64,000 bases of DNA from Schizochytrium sp. TIO01 (lineage: Eukaryota; Protista; Bigyra: Labyrinthulomycetes): contig SMSO01000031.1 of assembly GCA_004764695.1 (NCBI GenBank), forward strand, positions 7,980,761 through 8,044,760, given 5' to 3'. The notes beneath the pieces are model-generated. The model did no database searches and had not been told where the DNA came from. It worked only from the letters and a program-made list of their open reading frames with translations. Every line of letters begins with the position of its first letter. Position 1 is the first letter of the stretch. A program made the translations under genes and the position numbers. Positions 35,501 to 50,047 of the stretch are shown in pieces.

Positions 35501-38021
35501 ATCGCTAGCACTCGAAAGCCTCAGTTTTAGCACAGCCAAAGTACCAATCAGTGGACCCACAGAGACCACCTTGGATTCATCTTCAAGACCACTACAAATT
35601 CTGGCCCAACATAGTAATTATGATGCGCTTTTAGATTGCCCACATATCTACTATAGTTTCTTTGTGTTGATAAACTATCTGTAGTATTTAGGATGTGATG
35701 ATCCTTGTGATTAAAAAAGCACAACCTTGAACTTGAGAAGATAAAGGATGGTTGAGCTCTTTTGGCGAAGATGGCGTAGATTTTTGGATAAACCTGTGCT
35801 AAGGACATTGTGCGCTGGTAAACGTTATGTATTTCATGGCTAGGACCGTCTGTAAATTAAGCGAAAACTCTGCCAAATATTGCAACGATCTATCCTACAA
35901 CGTGATGAAGATACTCGCACTAATCGGAGCAATCCAAGGACCTCGAGAGTTATCGCATTAAAAATCTGCTTCTTTGAGCATGAATCTATAACTTGATCAT
36001 TCCAGTTAATGTCCTGTGTAGCACAGGCCATTCACTACAGAGCCTCCGCTTCCGCGTGAAGCCACGACAGTGTCTGAACCCGCTCGCAAAATCTATACGC
36101 CGGTAGGTCGGCCATTTGGACGACCGGCTTGTTTGACGCAGATGTCAGTTTTGATTGAAACTGCCTCGGTTGCGAAGCCAAAGGTAGTTGTTCTGCAACA
36201 GCATGTTATCTGTATTTGATTCTATTTTGTTGTCTTTGATCCTATTTCTTGTTTGATTTTTTTAAAATCAAAATTCTGGAGCGGAATATGCCTAATAACA
36301 ATTTATATATTATTATTTCTCCCCACACAGCAAACCTCAGTTCAAAAATTAATATAAGATAAACCTCACTTTTCGAGATGTTTTTTTCATTATTAAGTTT
36401 ATTATATAGCTTACATCATTATAATTTACACGAAATTCTTTAAAATGGGTTGAGTTTTCACTGGAGGTTATTTTTTAAATTAAAATTAATTAAGATGTTT
36501 ATTATTGTTTATCTATTTTAGTGGCCTCCAACAATATGTGTTTGGAACGTTCCCTTTCGCCATGTTCCTTCTATTGCTACATGAAGTGCTCAATAGAAAC
36601 TTCACAGCTGAGCATCCAATCGTGGGCATACATTCATTACGTAGGTAATAAACTCAAGCACAGACAGACAATGTCAGGTACTATACTGCTGGCACTTCGA
36701 AGCGCTCAGTTGTAGTACCCAGTCTGAAGTTGAAAGTCAGTCTCTCACGCCTTCCACCAAAACTGAAGAGTCAGCTCCCAGAGTCGGCATCTTCAACTTC
36801 AAGATTAGAGTGACACCGAGCCACGCGATCTCAATCGACAACGTCTTTCCCATACATGAAGCTGGCTCGAGTTCGGATTGTCTGCCAACCAAACCAACCA
36901 AACCAAACCAATGAATGGAGGTCCAAATCAGGTCAGGCCAAAGAAACCACAGATTTTGCCAGCAGTCCAGACAGAACAAAGTGAAGGCGATAACTTAAAA
37001 TATACGTGCTGCAGCTCACGCTGGCGCAATCACAGAGCCACCAAACTCCTGCGGAGTCGAGCATTATTTCAAGCTCCCGCACAGATCACGCGAACGTGCC
37101 AATCAATGTCTCAGTCTTCGAGATTCCCATCCTCGCCCCCTCGAGCTGGTCTCCTCCGTTCGAAACGTGAGAACAGGTTCAAGAGAATCGCAGCAGCCTG
37201 GAACAACTTGACGACGCCTTTTTGATTCCAGGTTCAAGATGCATGGAATCGACAAATAAATCGTCGCCTGTACAGCTGATTGGATACGAAGCAAACCGCG
37301 CAGAAGCGAATTCAGAGCCGAAAAGTCCTCGAATGTTGCATTTATCGCTTCTTCTTCTTCTTTAGTTTTTGACTTTAATTAATTATTATTGTTTCTTAAC
37401 TCATTATTTTTAATTAAAAGATAACCAACTACCCCAGCTGCTCTTACATTTTATGAAAACAAAGAATATAGAATTAAATGACCATCGACTACAGCAAACA
37501 AATCAACAAATATGACACCATCGACAAGAATGAAAGAAGATCATGCAGCCGGATCTGCTCGTGAACGACGCATAGCGCCTGGCCTTGAAGGTCCTAAACT
37601 TCGTTGCTTGCTTGTGCCCGTCTGCCAACCCTGGCAGCTAGCTTCATTTGGGCTGCGATCAGTGAAGTGCAGGGTGCTTGCTACCTGCATAGAGGCAGGC
37701 TTCCTTTGAACATTCGTCAGCATCCGCCCTAATCAGTAGCAAGTAGCACATGCCAGAGGCCTTGGCAACTTGACATGCCAAAGATCGCTCTGCCACGCTC
37801 CCGTACAGGCACGTTATAGAGTCCGCGCCAATCTCCGACGAAACCGATCCCAGAGGCGCGTGAAGAAGACAAAGCTCACTCCAAATGCCGCTCACAGTTG
37901 TTGATACAAGGTGGTCAGCCAGATAGATATTTAGCATGATCTCAAAGGTGCTACGAGCTCACCTCTGCTACTATAGGGAAACGGAATGCCTGATCGATGT
38001 ATTTGATGTATTGATTGATGT

Positions 38022-38060
38022 ATTCATTCATTCATTCATTCATTCATTCATTCATTCATT
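38022..38060. repeat. (ATTC)n microsatellite
   Basis: Directly visible. Confidence 0.9.
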
Positions 38061-38949
38061 GCTGTGAGCCACCTACGCCTAGCTACAACAAGCTCCAGGT
38101 CCATCGTGCCTGCTTGGAGTGGGTCATGAATCGTGAAGGCCCGCAAGATCTCATGAGCAGCTTGAGTTCAACCAACGGCGGCTAGCAGGAACGACTTCAT
38201 CTAGGTCTTCCACAGATACATAGGTATGAGTAGTAAGTAGTGCGTGCTCTTTAACTACACAAATAATGATCTCATTCCATACTGTGATGCCAAGCTACTC
38301 GATCAAAGGCTCGTAAATTGTGAACGATAAGGCTCCCCGATCTATGGAACTATCTCCAATCATTAATTATCGAAAGCGTTGTTCGCTGTCTTCTGTTCTT
38401 CAAGTCTGCATTCATTGCTTCGGCACTGGTGCCGTACCTGTTGCTGTTGTGCAACCATAGAACTTGTAGCATCTTGAGATGGATCTGGAGAGGAAAACAA
38501 AGTCACGATGGCTGAAGACGAAAGAAAAGCCTCGATTTGATCTGGTTCGCCTTCGATCTTTAACATTGGAGAGCCCCATATATAAAACAAATATTTGTCG
38601 AGAGCTAAGAACCCATCGTAAGAACCAACCTAAGAGAACAGCCGCGAGGACATAGTAGAGGCGTAAAGCAAACCAGCTAAAGCCCACTCACTGCCGCAAA
38701 TATTTGCATGAGTCCACGACAAAAAATAGATACACCGCTGCCTTTGCAAAGCAGGCGAGAGATTCATCGTCTTTGAGACATCTCATTGCGCAAGACTTGG
38801 ATTGATGCGCAATGCAACCACGACACTTCCTTTCCTAGAATTCAGAGTTTACTTTCTTTTACTCTCTCTCTCAGCCCTAGACCACTTTACCTTTTACTAA
38901 CTCATAAAAACCTTAAATGCCTACGGTACTACTTTGTTCTTTTCATTTC

Positions 38950-38983
<34 letters not shown>

Positions 38984-38985
38984 AA
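38950..38985. repeat. Abutting T14/A22 homopolymer tracts (self-complementary)
   Basis: Directly visible. Confidence 0.85.
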
Positions 38986-41900
38986 CTCAAACAAATTTTC
39001 AAAAGTTTGTCTGTGCTATATACTAGGCAGGTACTATGCTACGTTTAATAGAATATAATTCTAAATAGAACACTCTTACTATTTTGTTAAAATAAATTTT
39101 TAAAACACTTTCGAACTTAGAGAACGAACAATTTTCAAGAGAGCCACAGAATTGACGAGGGCAACAGAAAGTAGATACCTCCATTCTCCAATTCATTTGA
39201 TTATCTTGGGTAAAGTCAGATTCTTGAGATAATACAGAGGTATTATAACCTCTGTTCAACCTAAAACTGGAACATTCTGGCCTCCTGCAACCTTTGACAA
39301 GGCAATGACTCAAAGGATTCGCAGCCTCATAGCGTGGTTATTATTCCATGTTCGCGCCGACTCCGCGGCGCTGGTGGCGGTGGTTTGCCCCGGAGGTGTG
39401 CTGTTGCACAAGACTCAGTATTTTCAACATATCCTACTAAATTAGTATTCCTTGGTTCTCTTGAGAGCCACACCATCGCATTGGGTTCTCTCCTGAAGTG
39501 CTACGGTGGATTCAATACAAGTATAATCTAGACGGTGGGTTTGGACGCGTTCCACGTTCTGTCTGAAGAAGAGGGGTCTTCTATTTATACTATTTAATTT
39601 TTTAAAATTAAAAATTAAAAATACAAATTGAAGGTTTTTTGGAGGGTAAATTTTTGTTCTATGACACTTCCCACCTCGAACTCTCGAGCTTTTTCTTTGT
39701 TGAAGCTGAAGCGCTGAGCAATTGAGCAATGCCTTTGGTCACAACAGCAATGGCTTCGAAGCTATATGCACCCACTACGAAACATGAGATACCGGGTGCA
39801 TGATCGATCGTTTTTGTCTCAGTTCTTTAGGCTTGAAGAGCACCCGCACAAGTTATGATCGCGTAGCGATTCTTCTTATCTACACAATGGCTTCTTTCTC
39901 ACCTCGATTAATTATTACCGTGACTTTTATTTACTTTTACTACCAAAAAAGTCTTTATACCAATTAAAAGACATAATTGTAGTGCACACCTTGTAAATGA
40001 GCCAGCCCAAATGAATGAGACTTAAATGCGAAGGTACTTTGCAATCATCCGTGGAAAGCCGTCTCAAAAATATGGCAAACGACCTTCAAGATAGCATTCG
40101 TGAGAGCCCTGTCCATTCTTTCGAGGTCCACATTCGGAGTTTCTGCACCGACATCCCGAGCTTAGATAATTCAAGATTTGTTCAACTTGAACGTGAGTTA
40201 AGTATCAAGGGTTAGTGGTGTGTCTCAAGGGGTGGGTGGTCCTATCCTTGACCAAATCTGCATATTAGAAGTAAGCCTCAACTTTGGTCCACAGGTCAAG
40301 AAGAGCCTAGAGAACTTTAGTAGCTAGAACCTTGCTTTACTTTACGGTTTAGGTACCAAGGCATTCGAAAGGTAAGTTGTTCTGTCCTGGATTCTAAAAT
40401 CTGAGGATAGGCTGAGTTATTCGTTGAATAATTGTAATACAAGGAAGTTCTGCCTTCGAATGCCACCAAAGTGCACCTTCTCTCCCATTACCTGAAACAC
40501 CAAAGCTATGCTTTACCTGAGCTGATGAAGAAAGAGCAAAACATAACATACCTTGCAGCTCTTCAACGACATCGGCACATTCATCTACCATCCTAAACTA
40601 TCTTCAGAATTTTAGAGATACTCAAATATTCCGGTACCCATTTGTTTGCCTCCGTGGACAAGGCAGTATACGTACTACCGAATCAATACTCCATAGCGGT
40701 AAAAAATAAACCTAGTCCCAGCACTTCGCAATAAAGGTGTCGCACGTGCTGCGCAAGCACTTCAAATTAATTTGCATGCTCACGTTTGTGCTTCTAGCAT
40801 CGCACTCGTCAAGGTGCTTGGCACTCCAAATAATAGATTCCAGTTCGCCTGCCATCCAAATTGCCCTTAGAATCTTGCTCGTATGGACCCCTTACGCAAG
40901 CGAGCAGAGCGAAACCGCCATCTCTTGCGCGCCACCATTCTGATCATCATCGCAATCTTCTGCGACGAAGCAAAATATCGCCATAATAGATGAATTCATA
41001 GTCCGAAGTCTAAGTCTGAGTCTGTGAATGGCCTATAATCCTTGAACAATCTATATCGCAATCCATCATGGATTTTAGGACTTTCATGATCCAAAATGCC
41101 CTAAGGTTTCTCACGCCCAATTGCATCTCTCAGTTCGTTCTTCGAGTTCTTGCGCATCTCAGAGAACAGGGTGGCTCCGGTTTTCGATTCGAAAATTTCA
41201 AGCCTACTACATATCGATACTATATAAAAAGATTCTCAAAGGAAGCGTGAAAGAAAAGGGAGCAAGCACTGCTAGCAAAAAGAATGAATAAGTCAGTACT
41301 ACTTACCTCTTCCAAAACTGGATAACAAAAAATAATAGAGAGAACTTCGTAGCAGTAGTCATAGTGAAGGAAAAGAGCTTTAAAAACACCAATAACTATT
41401 ATTGAACGTAATTTTACAGGATCTAATGTTAATATTTTATTTTGATTTAGCTGAAGTAAGAAAAGCAGATAACGTTGCACAAACTCTGAGGTGAGGTTTT
41501 AATTTACACTTAGGCAGACCATGTCTTCAACTAAGGTTACCTCAGTCTATGACTTGTTTCTTGTTACCTTTTCATCTCAAGTCCTCAGCAACTTCAAAGA
41601 AAGCAGAACTTGAAAAGACGAACAGGCCAAAGCGTAACTGGACGGAGTTGTGCAGATTTTTACTTTCACAGTTTTTTAAAAAGGTTTTTTCAAAGTGCCT
41701 TCCTAAATGTTATACAGCGCTGAAAGTTTATTTAACATCTTTTCCCCTTTTTTTTCTTTCTTTTCTTACAATACCTAAATATATTAGGAAAAAGAGAGGG
41801 TGAACTGTGCCTTTTCGCATCAACTACTAGTATTTGTAGTAATTAATAACTGATCGCTACCACCAAGTGCTTAGAAAGAGAAAGAAAAAAAGACAGTTTT

Positions 41901-44900
41901 GCGAGCGGAAGGGGTAGATGCGTCTCCACTGAAAAAGGTTTTCCCATTTACAATTGCTGGAGAAGCGAAAATTACTAGAGTATAAAGGGAAAGGAAGAGG
42001 AAAGGAACCGAGAGGAGGATTTGAGCACCAAGCGAAGGATGATTGAAGACAGTTAAGGGGAAGCTACTTAACTGGCATCACTCGGCTGTCCATCCCTTCA
42101 CCCTTGTCCAAGCTTTATGATGGGAACTCACTCGAGCTCAACCTCAAGCTTAGGCTCAACTGCAAGTTCAAGAGGACTCTCAAGCTTCATCGCAAGCTCA
42201 CATCTCCTTATAAAGGCAGCTCTCAAAGTGAAGATTTGAGCTAGAATTGTATAACCAATGAATGAGCTGTCTGGAAGAAAGGGTGCATTCAATTTCCTAA
42301 AAGAATAAAAATAAATATATATATTTTTAGTTTTATTTTTAGCTTCTTTCTTTAAAAGTGTATTTTTCTAGTTTTTAATGATAAGCGGCAAGAACAACGA
42401 AGACTGAGAAGCTGGTTCCTAGCAGTCGTATATTCCACAGATAGCAGCGCCACGACGATGGTTTTCTTCGCATTGAAAGTCCAACTTCTCGCAATCAGAA
42501 TACAAAATAGCGCCTACCATTATATCGTTTAGAATGCAAGTCTATACCAAAAAAAAATAAAAAATATGTGTAGGTGTATATATAGTATTTATGTATTCAT
42601 TTATTTGTTTATTTGTTTATTTGATCATTAGTTTATTGATATATATATATATATCAAACATGGTAGAGCGTCCAACCGCCGTCTCCAAACAGGCCAGCCA
42701 CAAGAGACGAACAGGTGGGCCAAACCACGCTCGAAGCTGCCTGCACAGAGCCAAAAAGACGTTGCTATGTCCGAGCAGCACAAGTTTTCGGTCCAGCAGC
42801 CACTATATCACATGGTCCGCAGACAAAGTCAGCCTCGGAGTGCAAACACCAAATACACATCCATAAACACTTCGCTCATTCATTCATTCCTTTATAGTAT
42901 GACTGCGACTCACCGGGAGATCTTGCGCCACACAGGTGGTGCTGGAAAATACAAGTGATTATGGGATTTTATATTAGCTAGTATGTAGATATTGGAGGCG
43001 GTTGAGGGAATACCCGGCGCGGACGTGGGAAGAACGGCCTTGCTATTGAACTACCTAAGAAAGAAGGAAAGGAAAGAAGAAAGAACTTCAAAGGTACGTT
43101 CTGCTATGTTCTGTTACGTTCTGTTCTTGAGTTTGATGAGTAGGTAGCAGCTAGAAAGGTGATACAAATTGAGGTGGCACTGAATGGGAGCTTCAAAAAT
43201 GGAGACAAAGTTGAAGGATAGATTGGAGAGCTGTTGACAGTTCACGGTCTTCTTTTAGTGGATTCTCCACGCACTCTATTTCAAAGTTGTGTGTTGCGAT
43301 GAAATTAGATATTGCTACGAGCTAAGGTTTGTGGACTGATGAAGCAGGTTCGCCTTTATCATCAAAATGTTTTTATATTACAAAAATGGGTGATTTTCTC
43401 ATATAGTATGATGCGAGCGCCTGATGGATGGCCAATTGAACAACAATGCTGCAAGCGAATCAATATTGCAATTTATGCACCAAATTGGTTTGCAAGCGGT
43501 ATAGTCCAACATGCCGCAGCTCAGTGCTACCTCTGTGGAGATGCCTGGCTGTCTGCTGTCTGCTGTCTGGGTCAGTCAACGCCTACAGAGAAATGAATTC
43601 CTTTATGAGAAGGAGAAACAGAAGAAAGAATGGAGGATAGCTTCCTGCTGATCGAAGACGACCTCCTCTCCCCAAATTCTGCATCTTCGAGGGTCTTAAG
43701 CATCACCATCAAATGAAACCAACCATCAACTCAGAACAAGGTTTACTGGTGCACAACATTGAAGAGGGGAATCCATGCCAAAGACAGCAATTGCCGCGGC
43801 CAAACATACAATCGACTCATGCGAATGTCGAAGGGAAATGGCGCATTCACTGCACTTATTTCTCCTCCTTCGATATAAATCACGATGAGAGCAGCAGAAA
43901 TTGGAATATGCACAATGATAACCTCTGTTTTAGCCCGTCTCGCCACATCATCAGAAGACGCCCTTCCAAGAACTACAATAACAATGGGAATAAAAATAGA
44001 CCTTCTCGATATGGTGTTCAATTAAACAATCCTTTCATTCTCCTTTTGCTTTGCTATTGCTGGTGATGAAAATACCCATCTAATAGAGTTAAAGGACTCG
44101 AAAGGAAGCGAGGCTCGAAGAGAACTGACTGAATCAACAAAGAATCAATCAATCGATGAAAAGAACTTAAGAGACCGAGCCAGATAGCTGAGCTAGCTTG
44201 TAGACGGGTCGATACCCACCGAAGTCTTCAAAAGCTGGCTGCACGGTTTGTTCGCTGCTGGAGTCCAAGAGTCCAAATATCAGCGGGTATGCAGCTTGAA
44301 AGCAAAGTGAACCCCGCTTGAGCAGAAGAACTCTGGGGAAAGAAAGAATGAAACCCCGAAGAAGAAAAAGGTAGGGAGGGAGGTACCTATGCCTACCTAT
44401 ACTTAATATGGTGTAAAATAGTTAATACCTTCTTGGCACCGGACTTTGAACATAAAGAACATGAAGCAAATAAAAATTGAAACAAAAGTAATTAATTGCA
44501 GCTGTGCTATGTAAAAAAAAGCAGGCTTTCTTTAACAAGGCATAGGACGGCATCGAGTTTACCCTACTCAAAGAAATTCAAAAGTTTGGAACGTGCCTAA
44601 GTGTGGCCTGCTAAGCTCTTTTCTTCTCTAGAGCTACTAAGAAAAAATGCCAAAAGAACTAGCTCTGTTCTCGTACTTTCGTTGATAGTATTTGTGTTGC
44701 TTTCCTCCACTAAATGAACAGCTTTTTAAAATTATGTTTAAAAGGCTCCCTTTAGCTAAACAAGAAGGAGGAGAACGAAAATTTATGCTCAAAATGTTAA
44801 AGGAAAGAAAGAATACCTACATTAAAAAGGGGCACGAGTTAATTATAATTAGTGCATGCCTAGTGTAGGAGTGCTTATAAGTACCCTAGCAGCAGGAGGA

Positions 44901-45155
44901 AACACCGAAATTGAAACAGTGAAAAGCCTTTTTAATGAGAGTTCAATGCTTTTAAACCCTCTTTCCTTCTCTGAGTCTGTTTTGGAGACGGCGCCAAAAC
45001 AAAAGAAAAAGAAAATGAAAAGAAAATCAAAAGAAAACGAAAAAGAAAAGAAGAAAGAAGAAGTAATCAGCAAAAGCAATCAAAGCGGGCAAAGCAAAGG
45101 CAGAGAGAGGCGGCGTGCGCGAGTCGCTCGCCCGCCCGCCCTCCCGCCAGGCGCG

Positions 45156-47540
45156 ATGGCGGAGTCGCTGACGAGGGATCAGCAGGAGATGACGAGGTAA
45201 GTGACTGACCCTAGAACCGAGACGCGGCGGCCTCGAGGGCGTGCATTCGTGCCTGCATGTTTTCATTCGCGCATTCAAGCATATATTTGCTCGCTCGTGT
45301 TCTTCTTGCCTCCGATTGGTTTCTTTTCCGTCAACTGCTTGGGAGCTCGAGCCCTTCGCAGCGGGAGAGAGCTCAGACGAGCGGCACGAGCTCGGGGATG
45401 TCCAACTGGCACCACCGCTGCTCGCAAGGCTAGGCGTGTTCGACGGAACGGGCGCTCTGACTGATTGACTGACCGATGGATTGATTCAACGAATTTCACA
45501 GGATTCTCACGCAGACCTCCTCGTCATTCTCCCTCGTCGGCGATTTCATTATCCTCTTCGGCTGCCTCAGGAAAGGCCCTCGCCAATGGTCCACGTAAGT
45601 TTCGCCTTCACAGCCCACGGCTGGCTGCCTGCGAGCCCGCAAGCAAGCGCAGCTGTGGCCTCAAACCATATCGACCTCGGAGACATCCTTCTCCGCGCTC
45701 GCGACTCTCGTTCATATTTTCATCGTTGTTCTTGGTACGCTGTGTTCTTTCCTGGGCGTTCTTTCTGTTCCCCTTCTCCTCTCTGCGGCTATCTATTTCC
45801 CCTGTTAGCGCTGTCTTGTTCTGAACTGTTCTGATCGTTCTGTTCGCCTGTTCCCCTTTGGCGTTCTTTCTGTTCTCTCACTTTGTTTCTCCTCGGCGCG
45901 TGCGAGCGTGGCGTACGTACACTTGCAGTGCCACCACCTTTGCCTAACCTTCTCTGGAGCTGCCTGCTGCTCTGGGGAGGGGAAAGCGAAGGATGTGATG
46001 ACGAGAAGATTGATTGGAGAGGATCAAGGGAGGAAGACAAGGGCCAGAGAACGGTTCTCTCCCCAGCGTCGTAAAGGCGGGTTAATGTGCTGGTTGGCAT
46101 GTTTCGCTGTTTTTTCTTTCCTTTTTCTTTTTCCTGTGCTTTTTTGTGAGATTACTGGATGTATAGAAAGAGGAGGAAGGCGATGAAATGTTCAGATTAA
46201 TGTAAAGCGGCACTGCGAGAAGGACATATGATGACGGTGATTATAATGAAAAGTCGCGCTGTATGTGTTGAGGCATTTGTGATAATAGTCCGAAAGTCGA
46301 TGGAAAGCTAACCAGGAAACAATCAATTCCTTGCTACATTTTTTATAAATTCTGTACAAATTTGGTCACGAAATGTGTTCGTTCAATCATGGTTCTTACT
46401 GGATGATCTTTGGGAACCTTATCAATGAATTAATCGCTATATTCACATGGGGTATTTGCAAATGTGTGGCGCGGTAATAACTATTCGTCTTCTTGTCACA
46501 GGTATTTCCGAATCATTTTTTTTATGACAATTGCCGACATTATTGCCACGGTAGGCTATGTCTTGGCAGATATCCCTATTCCACCTCCAGATGGAAATGG
46601 TTCGCAGCGAATTTGTACAATGCAAGGTTTTTTCGAACAGATTGGTCTAGGCGCCATTCTTTTGAATGCTGCACTATCTCTCAATTATCTTTTTGTTCTC
46701 AAACTAGAGTGGTCAACAGAGTATATTAAAAAACTCGAGCCCTATGGCTTTGGATTTATCTTTGTGGTCACCTTTGTCTGTGCAATTCTGCCTATACCTC
46801 TCAATTTGTACAATAATGCAATCATTTGGTGCTGGATTGCCGATCCCGTCTGCGAAGACGAGGGCACATGCGACAACAGCGTCAAAGCTTTTAACTTTCA
46901 GCTGTACCTGTTTTACATTCCCCTGTGGATTTGCATCGTATTCTCTACTACGGTTATGTGCTTTGTAATCTCCGTGGTGTACCATCAGGACCGTGCTGTT
47001 CGCAAAATGGTTGAGTCAGATCGGAAAAAGTTCGAAACAACAAAACGCATCATCATTCAGGCTTTGCTCTATGTCGGAGCCTTCTTCTTCACATACATAT
47101 TTGTCACCATTCTTAGAATACAGGTCTATGTGACAGGGCAGTCCGGAGTATACACAACCTACTTGGCAGTGTTTTTTGTTCCTTTGCAAGGTCTGTTTAA
47201 TCTTGCAGGTTTCATATTCCCGAGAGCTATTAATGCACGTATGCGCATGCGTGAAGCTTCGCTTCATATTCAAATCCTTTATGTGTTCTTCTTTATCGAA
47301 GCCTCTACTGTGCAAAACAACATTCGCAAACGAATGCGAAGGAACTCTCCACCCAGTCAAACCCATGGCCCAGAAGATCTAGAACCTAATATTCCAGAGT
47401 CGGAAACCTCAGGTCTTTCACAGCTGCAGGCGTATGACTCGGAAGAGGTTAACTCCTCATTCCATGGTGATAACAGCCCTGTAGGGAAGCAAAAGTCCCT
47501 CAATGATGATGTTCATGAAATCGAACTTGATCAGCTATAG
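45156..47540 (+). CDS. Second cAR/Git3-like GPCR, 3 exons: 45156-45196, 45502-45594, 46502-47540
   Basis: Both introns are GTAAGT...TCACAG and phase 2. Splicing gives MAESLTRDQQEMTRILTQTSSSFSLVGDFIILFGCLRKGPRQWSTYFRIIFFMTIAD..., which supplies the TM1 missing from the track ORF. Downstream motifs are CTMQGFFEQ, WCWI, FYIPLW and FFVPLQGLFN. Confidence 0.9.
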
Positions 47541-50047
47541 TCTTCCCGGACTGGGTGTCTCGCTTCTCTCCGGTCACTTCTGTTTGTGTATGTGTGTTTT
47601 ACCTAATCTCAAAATAACCCTCCTGATGTGTGTATAGGCAGGACCATGACATCTTTCATGTTGTTCTGCTCCCTGTATGTGTGTGTTGCTCGCTCTCTTC
47701 TCTCACCATTTGCCCCTCAATTTACATTTATTGCCCAAATCCCCACCATTTCTGTTCTCAATCACTCTTTATCTTACTGCAACTTTTACTTTTCACTACG
47801 TACTACTTTTACGATTATCTTTGTTGTCTTTCTTTGCTATCCTTGGATCTTGTTTGCCCTTTCTTCTTACGTTGCCCGTTTTTGCTTGCTTTTAATTTTT
47901 TGTAAAGCGGGGTGAAGGTTGGCCTACGTCACCTTGATCTAGTGAGACTTGTTCCAAAAGTCCCCTCTCCTGCAAAACAAGTTCATGAGTACATCCTCAG
48001 CGGGCCTCTTAAACCCGAACAATACTAAAGCTGCATACCAGCAAGATGAAACATCTGATGCAGCTTTGGCCTTATGGAGTCTCTTCTACAACCATTATCT
48101 TTGCCATGCAAAATGCAATTCAATGGCTGCATGCCCCCTTGCTTGGTAAATCTTAAAACGATATAGTCATTCATCTAAGTACTCACTTTCACCTCTACCA
48201 AGACAAAATTCTACACAACGAATGTAGTCAACAAATATCTCATATTGTTAATTCTAATTAATAAGAATAGCTCATCGTTGCATGTTAAAATCAATGGCAG
48301 ATTCCTCAGTCAGCTAAACATAAGCTCTGAATGTACCAGGATGTTTCTTTCTTTCTTTCAATGTAAACTGAAGCTAGCACTAACTTGTACCTGATACCGT
48401 TATAGTGCATCTTTTTTTTAATCAAGCACAAGGCTCAATTCCTTAAAGGCCTTACAGGACTAATACGAGTAACTTTTGGGTACTTGAACTTTGGGGAGCA
48501 CACTACAAGTAGCACCTTGTTGAACTGTCGCACCCTCCAAGTCTTGGATTCATTCCATTCCCACTTGTGGCCAAATTGTTCCATTTGTCACGTGCACCAC
48601 GTGCTTTGCCTCACTCAAAACAACCTGTAACAACTAACACACTATCGCGAACATGATCGGTCGTTAACATTCCGGATTGTAGCAATTAACAAGAACGCAA
48701 AATGTTAATGAATTAAGTCCTTAAAGCTCTGACCATGACCACGTACAAAAAACTTGCTTGACTATCATCGCTTCCACTTAAGCATGTTCCTCTTCAGCAC
48801 TAGAAGCGCCAGATGATTTTTCTTCATTATTACTTAGTCCTCAAGTAGCACAATAGCTGCGGAAGTAGTTCAAGCTGTGCATTTATTCCCCACAAAAGTT
48901 CATGACAACCCACATCGTCAAGATCGCCTTGCCTCCTGAGCCTTCAGCTCCAAGCGTAACCATAACATTTGCACTTCACGGAGATCATTCGCCAATGTAT
49001 CCTCCACCCAAAAACAATTCGCAATCCAGCTCGAAGTAAAGGCAGTGATAATTTAAGAAACCTTGGAGATTAATTTGAGAGCCTCAAATTATCGTAAATT
49101 ATCGTCCCCGACTAGTAGTCCATATCCATTGCTAACATTAAGAGACCCTTATCCAGTGCTAATGGTGTGTACTACAGCCATAAGGCTTTAGGAAGTGGCC
49201 TATCTCTCAACCGGTAACAGGTCTAACGGCTCGGAAGGCAAGCACCATATAAAAGAAAGGGACTAAAGCAAAGACAAAAATCAAAGACAAACCTCTACGG
49301 AGACGAAGTTGAAGCGAAGTGGGAGGTTCAAGACAGCTCGGGAGGCTTGCAGAGAGACTGCAAGGAGACCGGGATCAAGCCCGGCACCGCAGACCGGCGG
49401 CCTCGTTGGACGCAAAGCAGGTGGCTGCTGGGTACCGAGCAGAGAGCCCCAGACAAAGCGGCATCCGAGCTTTGGCATCAGATAATAAAAAGACCACTTT
49501 GGAGTACTTTGTTTGTTTGCACAAGTCTACTCAAACTTGCGATAGCTTGACTACGCGCAGGGGAAGCTGCATGGGAACGGTGTTGACGAGGGGTTGACTG
49601 GCTGAGTGAACGAGGGAGGCAAACACGCTCGGGGTTTTGCGAGAGGACTTCGTTTGAAGTGTAGTAAGTGTTGTTTGTAGTTGATTCGAAGTTCAAATAC
49701 GTCCTTTCGGAGGGCGAGTTCGAGTTTACAAATAAACAAACAAATATATAAACGAACAACTAAACGCAGTTTGCAGCAGTGCAGAAGACCGCAAACTTGT
49801 GAGTCTGGTGACTTGGAGACTTGGAGACGCGGAAGAGGACTCCGCCGTCGCCGAAGAACTAAAGGCACAGACAATTTCTATTTGATTTATTCTATAAACA
49901 GCAGCTCATCCTGTGCAATATATACTGCAAAGCGGTCATTGGTAAAATCATTGATTCTGCGTAGAGCAAAGGCCTGTGTTGTGAGGATAAGGGTTTCGGG
50001 TTTTCCTAGTTGATTAGACGGCACACAAGAAGGACCAGAGATACATC

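Noticed and set aside
49071-49091. Short inverted repeat TAATTTGAG...CTCAAATTA
   Set aside because: A 9-bp AT-rich stem is expected by chance; no target-site duplication or second copy was seen.
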